In this document: positions 10,907-21,596 of the stretch, piece by piece
Numbering within the stretch: the first letter of the stretch is position 1
How the letters are laid out: the number at the start of each line of letters is the position of its first letter
Assembly: GCA_013202495.1 (NCBI GenBank)
Contig: JABMQQ010000174.1
Span: forward strand, 3,142 to 67,141
Direction of reading: 5' to 3'
DNA length: 64,000 nt
Origin: Fidelibacterota bacterium
GTDB lineage: Bacteria > Fidelibacterota > UBA8477 > JABMPR01
Notes under the pieces: generated by a model
Told to the model about the DNA's origin: nothing
The model's input: the letters and a program-made list of their open reading frames with translations, nothing else
Database searches by the model: none
Position numbers and translations under genes: made by a program

Positions 10907-13900
10907 TTACTTCAAAAACAGCATCTTGATCACATCACTATTGTCCCCGGCTTCCAATCTCGCAAAGTAGATACCCGTGTTTATACTCAGACCATCAGCG
11001 GTTTTCCCATCCCAATTCACTTTGTAATAACCCGCATTTTGAGGTCCAGATTTTAAAGTTCTTACTCTTTTGCCTCTAATGTCATAAATGATGAGCGAGA
11101 TGTTTGAGTCCTCAGGCAAATCATAATTAATTGTCGTGTTTGGGTTAAAAGGATTGGGATAATTTTGACTCAGAATAAATCTTGTCGGAATTGCTGAATC
11201 ATGAGTCGATACAGCTCCAGCTACATCTACATGTGCGGAAATGTTCTCAATGACGTGATTTGAGTTAAATTTCATATATTCGAGTGTCACATCAGTTCGG
11301 GTACCGATTTCATTATTTTCACTGAGTGTGAAATTTACCGATAATAGCTGACCAGATTCCCCTTCCGGATTTGCTCCAACCCCAATAAAGCGGATACGTC
11401 CCGCCTCCTCATCGATATGGAATGACTTCATAAATCCATTAAGGTGTGAGGGCCACTGGAATGGATCTCCGGTATCAATGATCATTTTTGAAGGATCATA
11501 TTGTAACTCACCTTCAAATGAGAAAATATTGCTTCCATTAGACAAGTTGAAAGGAATTGTCAGTGAAGCGTTTGGTATTGCTTCTTGATCAATAGTTTCT
11601 ATTACCCCTGAAGCTAAAAACCCATCGCTTGGATAAACTGGCAAAGAACTCTCTAATTGAACTAAATATCGCAAAACAAATGAGGCATCCATACCGTCCA
11701 CTATACCGTCAGCGTACACATCAGCGTTGGCGAGCTCCTGGCATTCCAGATAACTATCATCTAAAGCATGGATTAGGATGTCTGAAGCATCAAGTGCCTC
11801 TATCGTATCGTTTCCGTCAACATCGCCCCAAATGGGAGGATTTACGATAGTTACAAAACCGCCAGAACTGAATACATCTTCATTCGAGTTAAATTTTGCA
11901 TATTCAACATTTATTGGTATTTCTGTGCAGAGCTCTGCGTCAGTTGAAAATTCCAAATAGCAAAACACCCCAGCTCCTGTAATTTCCTCAACCCCAGCAA
12001 AGGCTGTGTAAATCACGCCTTCAGACTCGTTGAATTGATTTGACCATCCCAGAGCTTCAGACATGGTCCCAGTTGTTTCAACACCAATAAAAGTTAGACC
12101 AGGTGAATATCCAGAAAAGTTTAACTCTGCAGAGCGGTAGTTTACACTATCATACACTACAACATTTACTGGGACGAGGACACTCTCCCCTACGACACCA
12201 TGAGCTGATCCAACATTCACTTCTGTCAAGATTTCGGCATCAGCCCAGCCAAGAGCTGCAAATCGACTCGATACTTCCTCAGCACTGAGTAACCCTTCAT
12301 AAACCTGTAGATCATCTATTGAACCGTCGAAGTAATTCAGTGTGGGTGTGGGTAGACCACCAACTCTGATTGTTGAGGCGAGGCTGTTACCTAAGTTTTC
12401 TGTCACAACCTGATCAATGAAAACTAACTCTCCATTCACATATATTTTCTGCTCATCATTATTCGCATCCCATACCGCAACAATATCAGCCCACTCACCT
12501 TGTACAAGGACTGGACCTGTGACTATTTCATATCGTGATGCTATAGGATCTTGTGTGTCATCTCTCCAGGTTAAACGTAATGAACCATCATTATCCGCAG
12601 AGAGGAACATGCGTACAGCTGTGCTTTGAGAGGTGGATTCATAATAAATCGCACTATGATTTGGTGTAGGATTCCATTTAAGTGTCACTGCGATACTTAC
12701 TTCAGACGCCTCCGCTAAACTTGCACTCGTTGGCACTTCAATGACATCTTCAACACTTGAAAGTGATACAGCCTGATTTTGGTTCCCAAAATAGTCCATA
12801 GCCGTAAAATCAACATTACCAACCGCTGCGCCATCGTTCCCATTTCCACTCGCATCATTTGCATTACCATTAAAAGGATATGAAGCAATCAGGCCGTCAA
12901 CTAATGAATCTTCGTTTTGGAGAAAAAGATCCCCATGACCAATCTTCCATGTTGTTGAAGAATTATTTCCCGTAAACCAGATCTTGTACTGGTCAGGTGC
13001 TACTTCAACCGTCGTGGGTCCCGCGACGATGATATCATTCCAAGATTCTTGAGGACCCGGCAGTATGTAAGGGTTACCAGGATCTTTTTGCCAGTCGATA
13101 CCGTTGTCAGATGTAGCAAATCCCACCCTTTGATGCATATCACCACCACGCCCAGTATAAGTCATTAGATATCCACCATCCTGTTTTTTAATAACGGATG
13201 GGAGAGTCACTCCCTGGGCTTCCCAAGCAAGCTCGGGATCCTTTTGCATGACTGGGTTGTTCTCATAATCATCCCAAATTACACCATCTGTAGAGTACGA
13301 AAGACCAATCCCAACAGTCCCTGCATCATCTATTCCGATTGAATACATCATATAAATATCGTCTTGTTTAACGACATTTGGAGAGGATACGTATGCTGAA
13401 TTCCAAGTCCCCTGTCCACCTGGGACAATGATGGGGTTATCCGGGTATTTGGACCAAGAGATGCCATCTTCGCTGGTTGCCAATCCTATTCGATGTACTC
13501 CGTCTCCCCCAAGCCCTGTGTACCACATCTTGTATCCTGAATCATCCTTGAGAACAGTAAATTTTATCATGTCCGAGTCAAATTCCCCACTGTTTCCCAC
13601 ACCCATCACAGGAGCATTCATGGAATTCCACTCAACACCATCCACTGACGTTGCATATCCAATTTCTCGTGGGTTGCCTGGCCGACGTCCAATGTACCAC
13701 ATTTTATATCCTGAAGAATCGCTATGGACATTAGGACTCACAACCGCTAGACCATCCCATGATGATGATCCACCTCCCCTAAATACTGGATTCTGTGGAT
13801 TATCCTCATACTCGCCCAATGCAAATAGAAAGGAGGTAAAGGATAGCAGTAGCACCAACTTATGCAAATTTTTGGTTCGCTGATACAAGTTTACAAAGTA

Positions 13901-13933
13901 GTATGTTTGAAATAGATTCTTCATTTCCATCAC
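10907..13933 (-). CDS. Five-bladed beta-propeller glycosidase-like domain + LamG + cohesin-dockerin-cohesin + FlgD-Ig/T9SS tail
   Basis: Repeats YKMWY.G...IGLATSEDGISW.K...NP; LamG (YPFNGNAND...FDGSIDDLQVY); dockerin WGDVDGNDTIEALDASDIL...ADVYADGIVDGMDAS; QNYPNPFNP tail. Confidence 0.8.
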   Translation of the reverse strand: MMEMKNLFQTYYFVNLYQRTKNLHKLVLLLSFTSFLFALGEYEDNPQNPVFRGGGSSSWDGLAVVSPNVHSDSSGYKMWYIGRRPGNPREIGYATSVDGVEWNSMNAPVMGVGNSGEFDSDMIKFTVLKDDSGYKMWYTGLGGDGVHRIGLATSEDGISWSKYPDNPIIVPGGQGTWNSAYVSSPNVVKQDDIYMMYSIGIDDAGTVGIGLSYSTDGVIWDDYENNPVMQKDPELAWEAQGVTLPSVIKKQDGGYLMTYTGRGGDMHQRVGFATSDNGIDWQKDPGNPYILPGPQESWNDIIVAGPTTVEVAPDQYKIWFTGNNSSTTWKIGHGDLFLQNEDSLVDGLIASYPFNGNANDASGNGNDGAAVGNVDFTAMDYFGNQNQAVSLSSVEDVIEVPTSASLAEASEVSIAVTLKWNPTPNHSAIYYESTSQSTAVRMFLSADNDGSLRLTWRDDTQDPIASRYEIVTGPVLVQGEWADIVAVWDANNDEQKIYVNGELVFIDQVVTENLGNSLASTIRVGGLPTPTLNYFDGSIDDLQVYEGLLSAEEVSSRFAALGWADAEILTEVNVGSAHGVVGESVLVPVNVVVYDSVNYRSAELNFSGYSPGLTFIGVETTGTMSEALGWSNQFNESEGVIYTAFAGVEEITGAGVFCYLEFSTDAELCTEIPINVEYAKFNSNEDVFSSGGFVTIVNPPIWGDVDGNDTIEALDASDILIHALDDSYLECQELANADVYADGIVDGMDASFVLRYLVQLESSLPVYPSDGFLASGVIETIDQEAIPNASLTIPFNLSNGSNIFSFEGELQYDPSKMIIDTGDPFQWPSHLNGFMKSFHIDEEAGRIRFIGVGANPEGESGQLLSVNFTLSENNEIGTRTDVTLEYMKFNSNHVIENISAHVDVAGAVSTHDSAIPTRFILSQNYPNPFNPNTTINYDLPEDSNISLIIYDIRGKRVRTLKSGPQNAGYYKVNWDGKTADGLSINTGIYFARLEAGDNSDVIKMLFLK

Positions 13934-13947
13934 CCCAATTGTTGTTT

Positions 13948-15465
13948 TCAGTCCCCTGATTTCAGGTTCGTGATAAATCGTGTTTTATCAATAATTACGG
14001 AATAACTCAGATCAAGATTTTCGCCCAATTTGGTTTTTGAATAGCCATACTGTTGGTATAAATATTCCAATGTCTTCTTCTCAATTAATTCAAGCATGAA
14101 ATCCCATTTTTTTCCAGAATGCTCACCAATAAACTGTTGTAGTTGGGACGAGATAACCTCTGAATTGGCATCAAAATCAAATGCTCTAATATTTGGGATT
14201 TTTAGACCCCTCTTGGCCATTCTTTTGGCCATGGAATAATAGGTAGGCCGGGCTAGCTCCAACCTCTTGAATGATGGCTCACCTATACCCGTGTGAAGGA
14301 AGTGATATAATATTACATTATATCGCACTATATCCTTTATGGTCTCCCAATCTTTCTTCAGGGCAAACTCGAATGTTCTTCTCCCATTTCCATCCTGGCC
14401 AGGCTTCGGCTGTAAGCTTGAAATGTATTTTGAATTCGCTACGTATGTTTTAAGCCATATGGGATTAATAGGGAATCCCTCTTCAACATATTGGTTAACC
14501 GAGTTTACTGCTTGTGTATGGTATTGAATTATCTCATCTGAGTCAGATCCGATATACTCATGAATCTCGGCGAGAAACTGAGCATACTGCGGTTCAAAAC
14601 ATATAATCGAGTATTTTTGAGCTGTTTCAAAACCTTCACTGAAATACTGAAGTGCACGTTCATATTCACCTGTTTCAAAGAATAGATGTCCTAGATTTCC
14701 AGAAATGAGAGCAGAGAAATAGGGAGTCTCCATCTGATACTTGTGCTCTTGAAAGTAGTCGATTGAGGCTTGTGCATTTTCTGTATAATACAGGGTCAGT
14801 CCAATAGAATTTTGAACAGCCCATTTGATGAACTTATACTCTTTTTCTTCTGCTAAGGTGATAGCCTGATCAAAATAGTCTAGAGCATCATCCATCCTCT
14901 TTTTTGTGTAGGAGACCAGACCAATATTGAAAGCTGATAAACCCTGCTGGACGAAAAGATCCTTTTCGCTAAAAGCCTTGAAGTGTCCGATTAAATTGGG
15001 AGTAACATCTAACTTGTCCCTTTTCACAATCAGAAGATCGATCAAATAGTTGAGCAGAAGCTTTAGTTTCTGAGACCTTGCATGTTGCAAGCCTTCGTAA
15101 CAATAGTTGAGTGCAGTATCCTGGGCACTGAATAATGTGTGAAATTGAGCATACTCATAGCACACATATGCAAGAGGTTGAATGCTGAAGTTAGATTTGT
15201 CGAGAGTGACGGTCTTGGCCAATGAATATGCTTCAGCCAACAATGCATGAGCAGACCGACAATCTCCAAGCAAGTGCAGGACCTTCGCCTGGCCTGCCAG
15301 AATAATTGATTTTAGTCCCGGTTCGAAGTTTTGATTTTTCTCAAACTCTTCGAAGAGTCGCTTCATACGTCCTGGGTGGATAATCTCCATCTGTTCAAGA
15401 AATTCAAAATACTCCACGTGGTGGATATGTTTTAGGGGGGCATATATAATTGGTGTTCGAACCAT
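13948..15465 (-). CDS. TPR-repeat protein with C-terminal tandem Fis-like HTH (putative regulator)
   Basis: TPR motifs (GNLGHLFFETGEYERALQYFSEG); C-terminal IEKKTLEYLYQQYGYSKTKLGENLDLSYSVI resembles a Fis-type HTH; paralog of 22726..24279. Confidence 0.75.
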   Translation of the reverse strand: MVRTPIIYAPLKHIHHVEYFEFLEQMEIIHPGRMKRLFEEFEKNQNFEPGLKSIILAGQAKVLHLLGDCRSAHALLAEAYSLAKTVTLDKSNFSIQPLAYVCYEYAQFHTLFSAQDTALNYCYEGLQHARSQKLKLLLNYLIDLLIVKRDKLDVTPNLIGHFKAFSEKDLFVQQGLSAFNIGLVSYTKKRMDDALDYFDQAITLAEEKEYKFIKWAVQNSIGLTLYYTENAQASIDYFQEHKYQMETPYFSALISGNLGHLFFETGEYERALQYFSEGFETAQKYSIICFEPQYAQFLAEIHEYIGSDSDEIIQYHTQAVNSVNQYVEEGFPINPIWLKTYVANSKYISSLQPKPGQDGNGRRTFEFALKKDWETIKDIVRYNVILYHFLHTGIGEPSFKRLELARPTYYSMAKRMAKRGLKIPNIRAFDFDANSEVISSQLQQFIGEHSGKKWDFMLELIEKKTLEYLYQQYGYSKTKLGENLDLSYSVIIDKTRFITNLKSGD

Positions 15466-15757
15466 AACAATTCAATACTATTAATATATAATAGAGTGTT
15501 ATCAATCTATACGCGCAGAATATAAATTATTCAATGTACTCATAACAACATATTTTATATGTTTATTCATATATTGTGATATATTTCGTCTCATTAAGAG
15601 GTAATTGTAGGAGCGAGGCTTATGAGAACAAAAACCTGGGGTAATGTTCCGATCTTCTCATGAGCCTTAGAGAATATTCCAGAATCATTGCATGCATCAT
15701 GTGCTTCCTCGTGTGCGTCCACCATGAGCCTTTGTTAGGCATTGCTTTTCTGTAATA

Positions 15758-16429
15758 TCAAAGAATTAGCCCCCACTCCATAATGTAAAACCCCTCTCTG
15801 GAAAAGACTTCAGAATCAGGTGTGCGAGGTGCTTGTTCATCACCATCATATTCCCTAACTACATACCATATCCGGTTGATAATATCTGGCTCTATATCAC
15901 AATCAATTGTGACCATTTGCTCGAGTATTTCAGAATATTGAGGGTAGATAATGTATTGGTTGTGCTCTTTTAATAGTGGCAACCAATGATCCAAAAAGTC
16001 CTGGATTTCTACTTCGTTGAATTTGAGTGTTTGAAGCTCATTCTCAAAAAAAGATGCTAGCTCAGGCTTTTCTACAATCCAGCCCTCGTCATATTGGCAG
16101 AAATCCGGAGTTTTACACTCATAGAATAAAAAGGTAAATTTGTTGTCTATTAAACCTTCTTCAGTGACGTGAGTTGACCAACCACCATTGTACAAGGGCT
16201 CTGAGACAATTACACGCCCGCCATTAGGAAAAGTTAATCGCACATTTAAATCAATCTCACTCTCAGGGTAAATGTAAATATTTGGTTTATACGCTATAAT
16301 TGAGTCACCTGGATTAATTGATGTGTCAATCGGAACTGCGTCAATATCCGACTCAGACTCTTCAGGAGAGGAGCATCCTATTGACATAAACAGAATAACC
16401 GTAATCATTAGAAATATCTTTAACTTCAT
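15758..16429 (-). CDS. Hypothetical lipoprotein (integron-type cassette gene)
   Basis: Likely start MKLKIFL at 16429 after GGGAGA; lipobox SIGC; KPNIYIYPE motif. The track's longer N-terminus overlaps the attC site. Confidence 0.75.
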   Translation of the reverse strand: MKLKIFLMITVILFMSIGCSSPEESESDIDAVPIDTSINPGDSIIAYKPNIYIYPESEIDLNVRLTFPNGGRVIVSEPLYNGGWSTHVTEEGLIDNKFTFLFYECKTPDFCQYDEGWIVEKPELASFFENELQTLKFNEVEIQDFLDHWLPLLKEHNQYIIYPQYSEILEQMVTIDCDIEPDIINRIWYVVREYDGDEQAPRTPDSEVFSREGFYIMEWGLIL

Positions 16430-16455
16430 TAATCTCCCATCGATTATTGGCGTTT

Positions 16456-16582
16456 GTCTAACGCCGTAGGTTTGAGCTGCTTTATGAGAAACGGTCAAAA
16501 CAGCCAGGTTACCTTGTGTACTTAATTTCAATTTATGTGTCCCCCCTTCGTTCTGTGAATCAGCTCAATGCCTTTGTTAGCT
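16456..16582 (-). mobile_element. Integron attC recombination site (127 bp)
   Basis: Minus strand: AGCTAAC-aaaggca-TTGAGCTG...CAGCTCAA-acctacggc-GTTAGAC (R''/L''...L'/R' layout), located between two genes. Confidence 0.8.
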
Positions 16583-16594
16583 TGAATCAGCCTG

Positions 16595-17566
16595 TTAATA
16601 TTCTTCAATGGCTAGAGGTTCAATAACGATGACTTTTTGTGAGACAGTACCCATATTTTGCTCATACTCAATTTTGTTTCTCACCTCATCAGCAGATGCG
16701 GTCCCTCACCAATTTTGAGTAAAATCGAGTGTATCAGACTCTGCGTCGTCTATGAATGGTTGAACCTGAATAGCAATATCATAGTTCGTAATATTATTGT
16801 TCCTAAACGTGGGTGATCCTGAAAAAATATAAATGGCATTTTCAAAATTGGAGATTGTATTATTTTGAAAAAATGATGAGTCATCATGACTGTTGTAGAT
16901 GCCTCTGTACATCTTCTCATCTGAACCGATCATGTTATTTTGAACTAGTAATCCACTTGAAAGAGAAAAGAACTGGCTTAGGATTGTATTGTCAATTATT
17001 AATCCCGTTGAATACATATAATTTATATTGTTAAAAATACTTGTCTGAAGTAGAGTAGAATCACAATCTTCAAGTGCAATGTGCCGAATTTCGCAATTAA
17101 TGATTGATGGTGAATAGTCGGATATCTCAACATAACCTAAGCCGGTAACCCACTCCAGTTCAACTCGCTGATCTGATTCACTATCCCCTTCAAAGGTCAT
17201 CGAGGGTTTTTCCCCTTCAACCTCGTTGAAATGTATTGGTGAATTCTCTTCCCCTACTGCAATGAACTCACCTTTAATTGTGATAATTGGGGGGCGGGTC
17301 ATATCACCAGCAGGATTGGGGACTAAAACAGTGCCAGCTGTATGCTCAATCTTTGTCCCAGGTAAAATGATTAAAGTTGAGTTTCCCTCGAAGATTAGGT
17401 CTCTAGAAATCTCAATAACATCCTCACCACTACCGCCCCAGGTAATAGTTTGGTTTTCGAATATTATCGGTGAGGTATAGGGTGGTTCATCATGACTTTC
17501 GAATAAACCACACGAAAACATAGAAAGAATTATTAGTTGTCCAGCAAAGATTCTTTTGAGAGTCAT
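16595..17566 (-). pseudogene. Beta-helix lipoprotein cassette gene interrupted by in-frame TGA at 16706-16708
   Basis: TQNW*GTASADEV...IEEY*: the expected NWWG motif has TGA in place of TGG, and the frame stays open to TAA at 16595, 12 bp before the attC site. Confidence 0.7.
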
Positions 17567-17582
17567 GTTTCCTCCGTTTTCA

Positions 17583-17603
17583 AGCTAACGCGTCAACTTG
17601 AAC
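17583..17603 (-). mobile_element. 3' half of a degenerate attC site
   Basis: Minus strand gttcaagttgacgcGTTAGCT; GTTAGCTTGAA is complementary to TTCAAGCTAAC at the far end of the same cassette. Confidence 0.65.
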
Positions 17604-17664
17604 GATACTAGAATACTCAAACACTGGTTCTCCCCCATATTTCTACGAGTCTTCATATTACTTC

Positions 17665-18099
17665 TTAAAAGGATGTGAAAGTGTACTCGGTTCCTGGATC
17701 GGGGTTCAGTTCAGTTAATATTAGATTCTGATTCTCTAGCGAATAGGAATATTTATCATCCATTAGGTACAGGTAAGAAGCCCCAGAGCATGCCATTTCA
17801 GTACAGCTAAATCCTGATATTGAGAGTGTATTGTTCTCGTTAATTTCATACTCACCAGAACAAGCATTGCAAGCATTCTGACTATTTAGTACACCACTCT
17901 CTTCAAATTCAAGCCAATGGTCATCTGGTAGACTAGACAGACTATTTGAATCCACGGACAACCCCTTTGAATTTATGTACGATATGAGTCTCCAAGTTTC
18001 ACCCTCAATTTCTGTCTCAAATTGATTTGAGTCATCGCTCTGACATGAGCAAAGAAACATCATAAGTACTATCAGTGATAATTTAGCGCTCCAATTCAA
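17665..18099 (-). CDS. META/HslJ-domain lipoprotein
   Basis: Lipobox; TWRLIS; CNACSGEY; CTEMAC. Confidence 0.8.
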   Translation of the reverse strand: MNWSAKLSLIVLMMFLCSCQSDDSNQFETEIEGETWRLISYINSKGLSVDSNSLSSLPDDHWLEFEESGVLNSQNACNACSGEYEINENNTLSISGFSCTEMACSGASYLYLMDDKYSYSLENQNLILTELNPDPGTEYTFTSF

Positions 18100-18151
18100 C
18101 TTTAACCTTTCCTAGCTTCACATTACCTGTCTCAATCAGCGTTTCATCGCT

Positions 18152-18598
18152 TTACTCTATTTGAAATTGCTTTGAGTAGAGATCTCCAATACGCAATCGA
18201 AACGTTCCAACATCCTCAAACCATTCCGCTGGTAGATTATATTCAAAATATTCACCCGTTTGAACTGAGTCCACGAGTGTGGGACAAAGATAAGACATAT
18301 AAAAAAACCATTGATCCTCTGACCAATCTCCATCTACTTTCTGCTGATAAAACATTTCTAAATATCCTCCACAGCGTAGACCGAAATTGAAAATGTCCTC
18401 AGAGTCGTTGTCTATCCTTACAGAAATTGTGTCAGAGGATAGATAATTTATTTTCGTCGTTGACAAGCGTACGGCATCTCGATCTGCACTCGGTTCAGAA
18501 CAATATCCTAGGATAATTATTAGCGCTACTGCTAAACCACGGTAATTAGACCATTTAGTATTTATCCAGGCAACACATATGTTCTGTATTTTTATCAT
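18152..18598 (-). CDS. Hypothetical exported protein
   Basis: Hydrophobic segment followed by Cys; Ig-like beta pattern. Confidence 0.6.
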   Translation of the reverse strand: MIKIQNICVAWINTKWSNYRGLAVALIIILGYCSEPSADRDAVRLSTTKINYLSSDTISVRIDNDSEDIFNFGLRCGGYLEMFYQQKVDGDWSEDQWFFYMSYLCPTLVDSVQTGEYFEYNLPAEWFEDVGTFRLRIGDLYSKQFQIE

Positions 18599-18841
18599 CG
18601 TTTGAAATACTCCTACTCACATCATTTTAGGCAAACGACATGCCATTGATATCCGTGTTTATGGAAAAGGTATTCAGCATCAAGGAGTAGTCTCTTCGCG
18701 TTGAGGAATAATATTCTGAATAAATTTTATTTGTGCGTATCTAATACTAATTAGTCCTGGAGAACCCTCAGGAATCTGAAACTATAGTCAGCAATCTGAA
18801 ACATAATAATCGATTTTTGATATTTTACCGCTCCATTTTAC

Positions 18842-18869
18842 CAATGGGATAGTCTGCTTTATGTCGAGT
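18842..18869 (+). other. dif/pdif-like 28-bp site 1
   Basis: CAATGGGATAG-TCTGCT-TTATGTCGAGT (11-6-11; right arm resembles XerD arm TTATGTTAAAT). Confidence 0.6.
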
Positions 18870-18976
18870 GAGCGGAAAACTACCTGATGTCAACTGTATT
18901 AGTGAGGGCTAGAGTACATAGAAGATGACCATTTTGAAAGAGCCCTAAAAATCAGGGCTTCAGGTACATATATCTA

Positions 18977-19000
18977 GTCCAACTTTTGGGGGGCAGGTCA
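18977..19000. mobile_element. Orphan IS3-family-like terminal inverted repeat
   Basis: GTCCAACTTTTGGGGGGCAGGTCA (reverse complement TGACCTGCCCCCCAAAAGTTGGAC) resembles IS150/IS861-type ends; no transposase nearby. Confidence 0.55.
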
Positions 19001-19159
19001 CCGGAAACTTTTCATTAAATTTGAAAAGATACTTCGGAAGTAAAGATGAACAGAGATACAAGATTAAAACTCTTATTTAAAATTCAAAAATCTTTCATTT
19101 AAAATGGGAGTCGATATCAACCCCACGGTTAAGGTGTTTCCCAAAATGATTCAAGATGG

Positions 19160-19540
19160 CTATTTCGAAGCCTGAACATATTCATCTAAAATATCTATTA
19201 GAGTCTGGCGTAAGATTGGCTTAGTAAAGAATTCAGACGAACCAGCCTTGATCGAAGCCTCCCGGAAATGTGGAAATGCATTTGCTGTTATGGTAATTAT
19301 GCAGCTAATCTCTGGATAGGTTTGACGCATATATTTAATCAGATTTAAGCCATCTTCTTCACCAGGTAACGAAATATCGATAATTGCCAGCTTAAAAGCC
19401 TGCTTCGAAAGAGTTTCTTTTGCTCTTGAAACTGTTGGGACTACACACAAATCATATTGCTCTTCCAGAATAAACCTATAAAATTGTTCTGAACCAATAT
19501 CATCCTCAACAATCAATATTTTGGGTTTAGTCTTAGACAT
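19160..19540 (-). CDS. Single-domain response regulator (receiver)
   Basis: ILIVEDD, IIDISLP, ITANA, FTKP. Confidence 0.93.
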   Translation of the reverse strand: MSKTKPKILIVEDDIGSEQFYRFILEEQYDLCVVPTVSRAKETLSKQAFKLAIIDISLPGEEDGLNLIKYMRQTYPEISCIITITANAFPHFREASIKAGSSEFFTKPILRQTLIDILDEYVQASK

Positions 19541-21596
19541 GATCGTTTCTCTTATACTTTTGAAACATTAGCGTGAAAGTAGTTCCAACACCCTTTTTAC
19601 TTTCCAGCTTAAGATCAATACTATTTAACTCAAGATACTGTTTGGTGAGAGCCAGTCCTAGTCCAATCCCCTGGAAATTCTTGGTAAAGCCCTCACTTTC
19701 CTGGGTATAGGGTTGAAAGATCCGATTTTTATAGTCCTCAGAGATTCCAATCCCGGAATCGATAATTGAAAGTTTAACCTGACCATTTTTATGACCCAGT
19801 CTAAGTTCAATCTGACCTTCAAAGGTAAACTTGATGGCATTGTCAGTAAGATTGAGAATGGCCTGATGAACACAGTAATCATCGGCAAAAATTATTGCTT
19901 CTTCTTTACTAGGAAGATATATCAAGTCCAGGTTCTTTTCATCGGATCGATCCTTGAGTTCATTAACCACTGCCCGGATAATCGAAGATAAGTCCAGCTT
20001 ACGTTTTTGGACCTTAATAGTCCCTGCACTTAATTGTGCTATGTTCAATATAGAGTCAACTGTATGCATTAAGCGATTACCTGAACTGGTAATATAGCCA
20101 AAGATAGATTGATCTTTCTCGCTAACAGTCTCACTATATCGTTCTTTTAATATATCAGAAAATCCAACTATGCTGTTGAGCGGTGTACGAATCTCGTGAG
20201 AAATATTTGCGATAAATTGGTCTTTGACCTGATTCGCACTCATTGTTTCCTCATATAGCTGGGAATTTTGAATAGCAATTGCAGTTAAATCAGCAAGGTT
20301 TACAAGAAAAGCCAGATCGTCTTCCCAGAATTCATCTTCGCCATATTTGGATAACAGAATAGCTCCGATAGCAACATGGTCTATTTTCAAAGGAGCACAC
20401 ATCAAAGATTCTGGTTCTACAGGTGTACCCGGAACCTGCTTGCCAATATTTGTCAAATCAATCCTATTTACAATTTTCGCATTTCTTTCTTGAACAACTT
20501 GACCCGTTAAACCTTCTCCAACTTTCAATTTAAAATCCATAACCTTATCAATATATTTTGCATTTGAAGCCAAAGGTTTTAAATATTCCCCGCCTTTCTC
20601 AAGGATGAAAAGTGTGACACTATTGGCTTCGAACATTTCTTTTGCGATATCAATACATCGGTTTACTACAAACTTTGAATCCAGGCTATTTGTGAGAGCA
20701 TGGCTGGCTTCATTAATTCCTTTTATTTTGCTAACATAGTACCTAAACTTTTCTTCGGTTTCCTTATCCTCGGTGATATCTTTGGATACCCCCATCACAC
20801 CCATTTGATTCCCATCCTTATCCTTCAAAATAGACGCAGATAATAGAGAAGGAAAAATGTCACCATTTTTTCTTTTGTTTAGGATTTCTTGAACATGATG
20901 TCCATTCAATACTGTCTGTTTATGAACTTTCAATCCTTCCTTTGGATTAGCATAAAGCAGATTGACATGTTTCCCTATTACTTCACTCCGATTATACCCA
21001 AAAGTTTCTTCTGCTGATGTATTAAATTCTGTTATCTTCCGTTTATTATCCACTGCGATGATCATATCCAAGGAACTCTCAATCAGATTGTTGGCATAAT
21101 CCCGTGTAGATCTAATCTCTTCCTCTGCCAGCTTGCGCTCGGTGATATCATGGATTGACCCCACCAGGAACTTTTCCCCGGTATCTGTAACGAAACGATT
21201 CTTCCTTGTAATGATGGTCCGCGTGAAGTTGTTCACGGTTAGCGTCTCTTCGCGCAGGTCGGGTATACCAGTATCGAGAACCTGCCTGTCAATTGCAAGG
21301 AACTGGTGTCTCTCATGTGCAGGAACGTTTTCCGCAAGCGTAAGGCCGATCACGTTCTTCTCATTCAGACCGAATACATCGAGGAAAGCACTATTGGCCA
21401 GGGTGATGCGATGATCGTTGTCCTTGACAAAAATTGGATCCCCAACCGTTTCGATAATGTGTTTTATGCGTACATTTTCGTTGCGCTGCAAGGTATCTTC
21501 TCGTTTGCGCTCACCGGGAGTTTCTTCCGCTATGCTCTTACGCAAAGATTCAAGCTCTTCAATTAGCTCAGGTTTGGTTTTCAGGTGATCATTCAT
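19533..21596 (-). CDS. PAS-PAS-GAF sensor histidine kinase
   Basis: SHEIRTPLNSIVGF H-box; NAIKFT, DSGIGI, GIGLGL; two PAS domains and a GAF domain. Confidence 0.93.
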   Translation of the reverse strand: MNDHLKTKPELIEELESLRKSIAEETPGERKREDTLQRNENVRIKHIIETVGDPIFVKDNDHRITLANSAFLDVFGLNEKNVIGLTLAENVPAHERHQFLAIDRQVLDTGIPDLREETLTVNNFTRTIITRKNRFVTDTGEKFLVGSIHDITERKLAEEEIRSTRDYANNLIESSLDMIIAVDNKRKITEFNTSAEETFGYNRSEVIGKHVNLLYANPKEGLKVHKQTVLNGHHVQEILNKRKNGDIFPSLLSASILKDKDGNQMGVMGVSKDITEDKETEEKFRYYVSKIKGINEASHALTNSLDSKFVVNRCIDIAKEMFEANSVTLFILEKGGEYLKPLASNAKYIDKVMDFKLKVGEGLTGQVVQERNAKIVNRIDLTNIGKQVPGTPVEPESLMCAPLKIDHVAIGAILLSKYGEDEFWEDDLAFLVNLADLTAIAIQNSQLYEETMSANQVKDQFIANISHEIRTPLNSIVGFSDILKERYSETVSEKDQSIFGYITSSGNRLMHTVDSILNIAQLSAGTIKVQKRKLDLSSIIRAVVNELKDRSDEKNLDLIYLPSKEEAIIFADDYCVHQAILNLTDNAIKFTFEGQIELRLGHKNGQVKLSIIDSGIGISEDYKNRIFQPYTQESEGFTKNFQGIGLGLALTKQYLELNSIDLKLESKKGVGTTFTLMFQKYKRNDHV

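Noticed and set aside
16706-16708. Selenocysteine or genetic code 4/25 recoding
   Set aside because: Context predicts Trp; many neighbouring genes end normally at TGA; no SECIS evident
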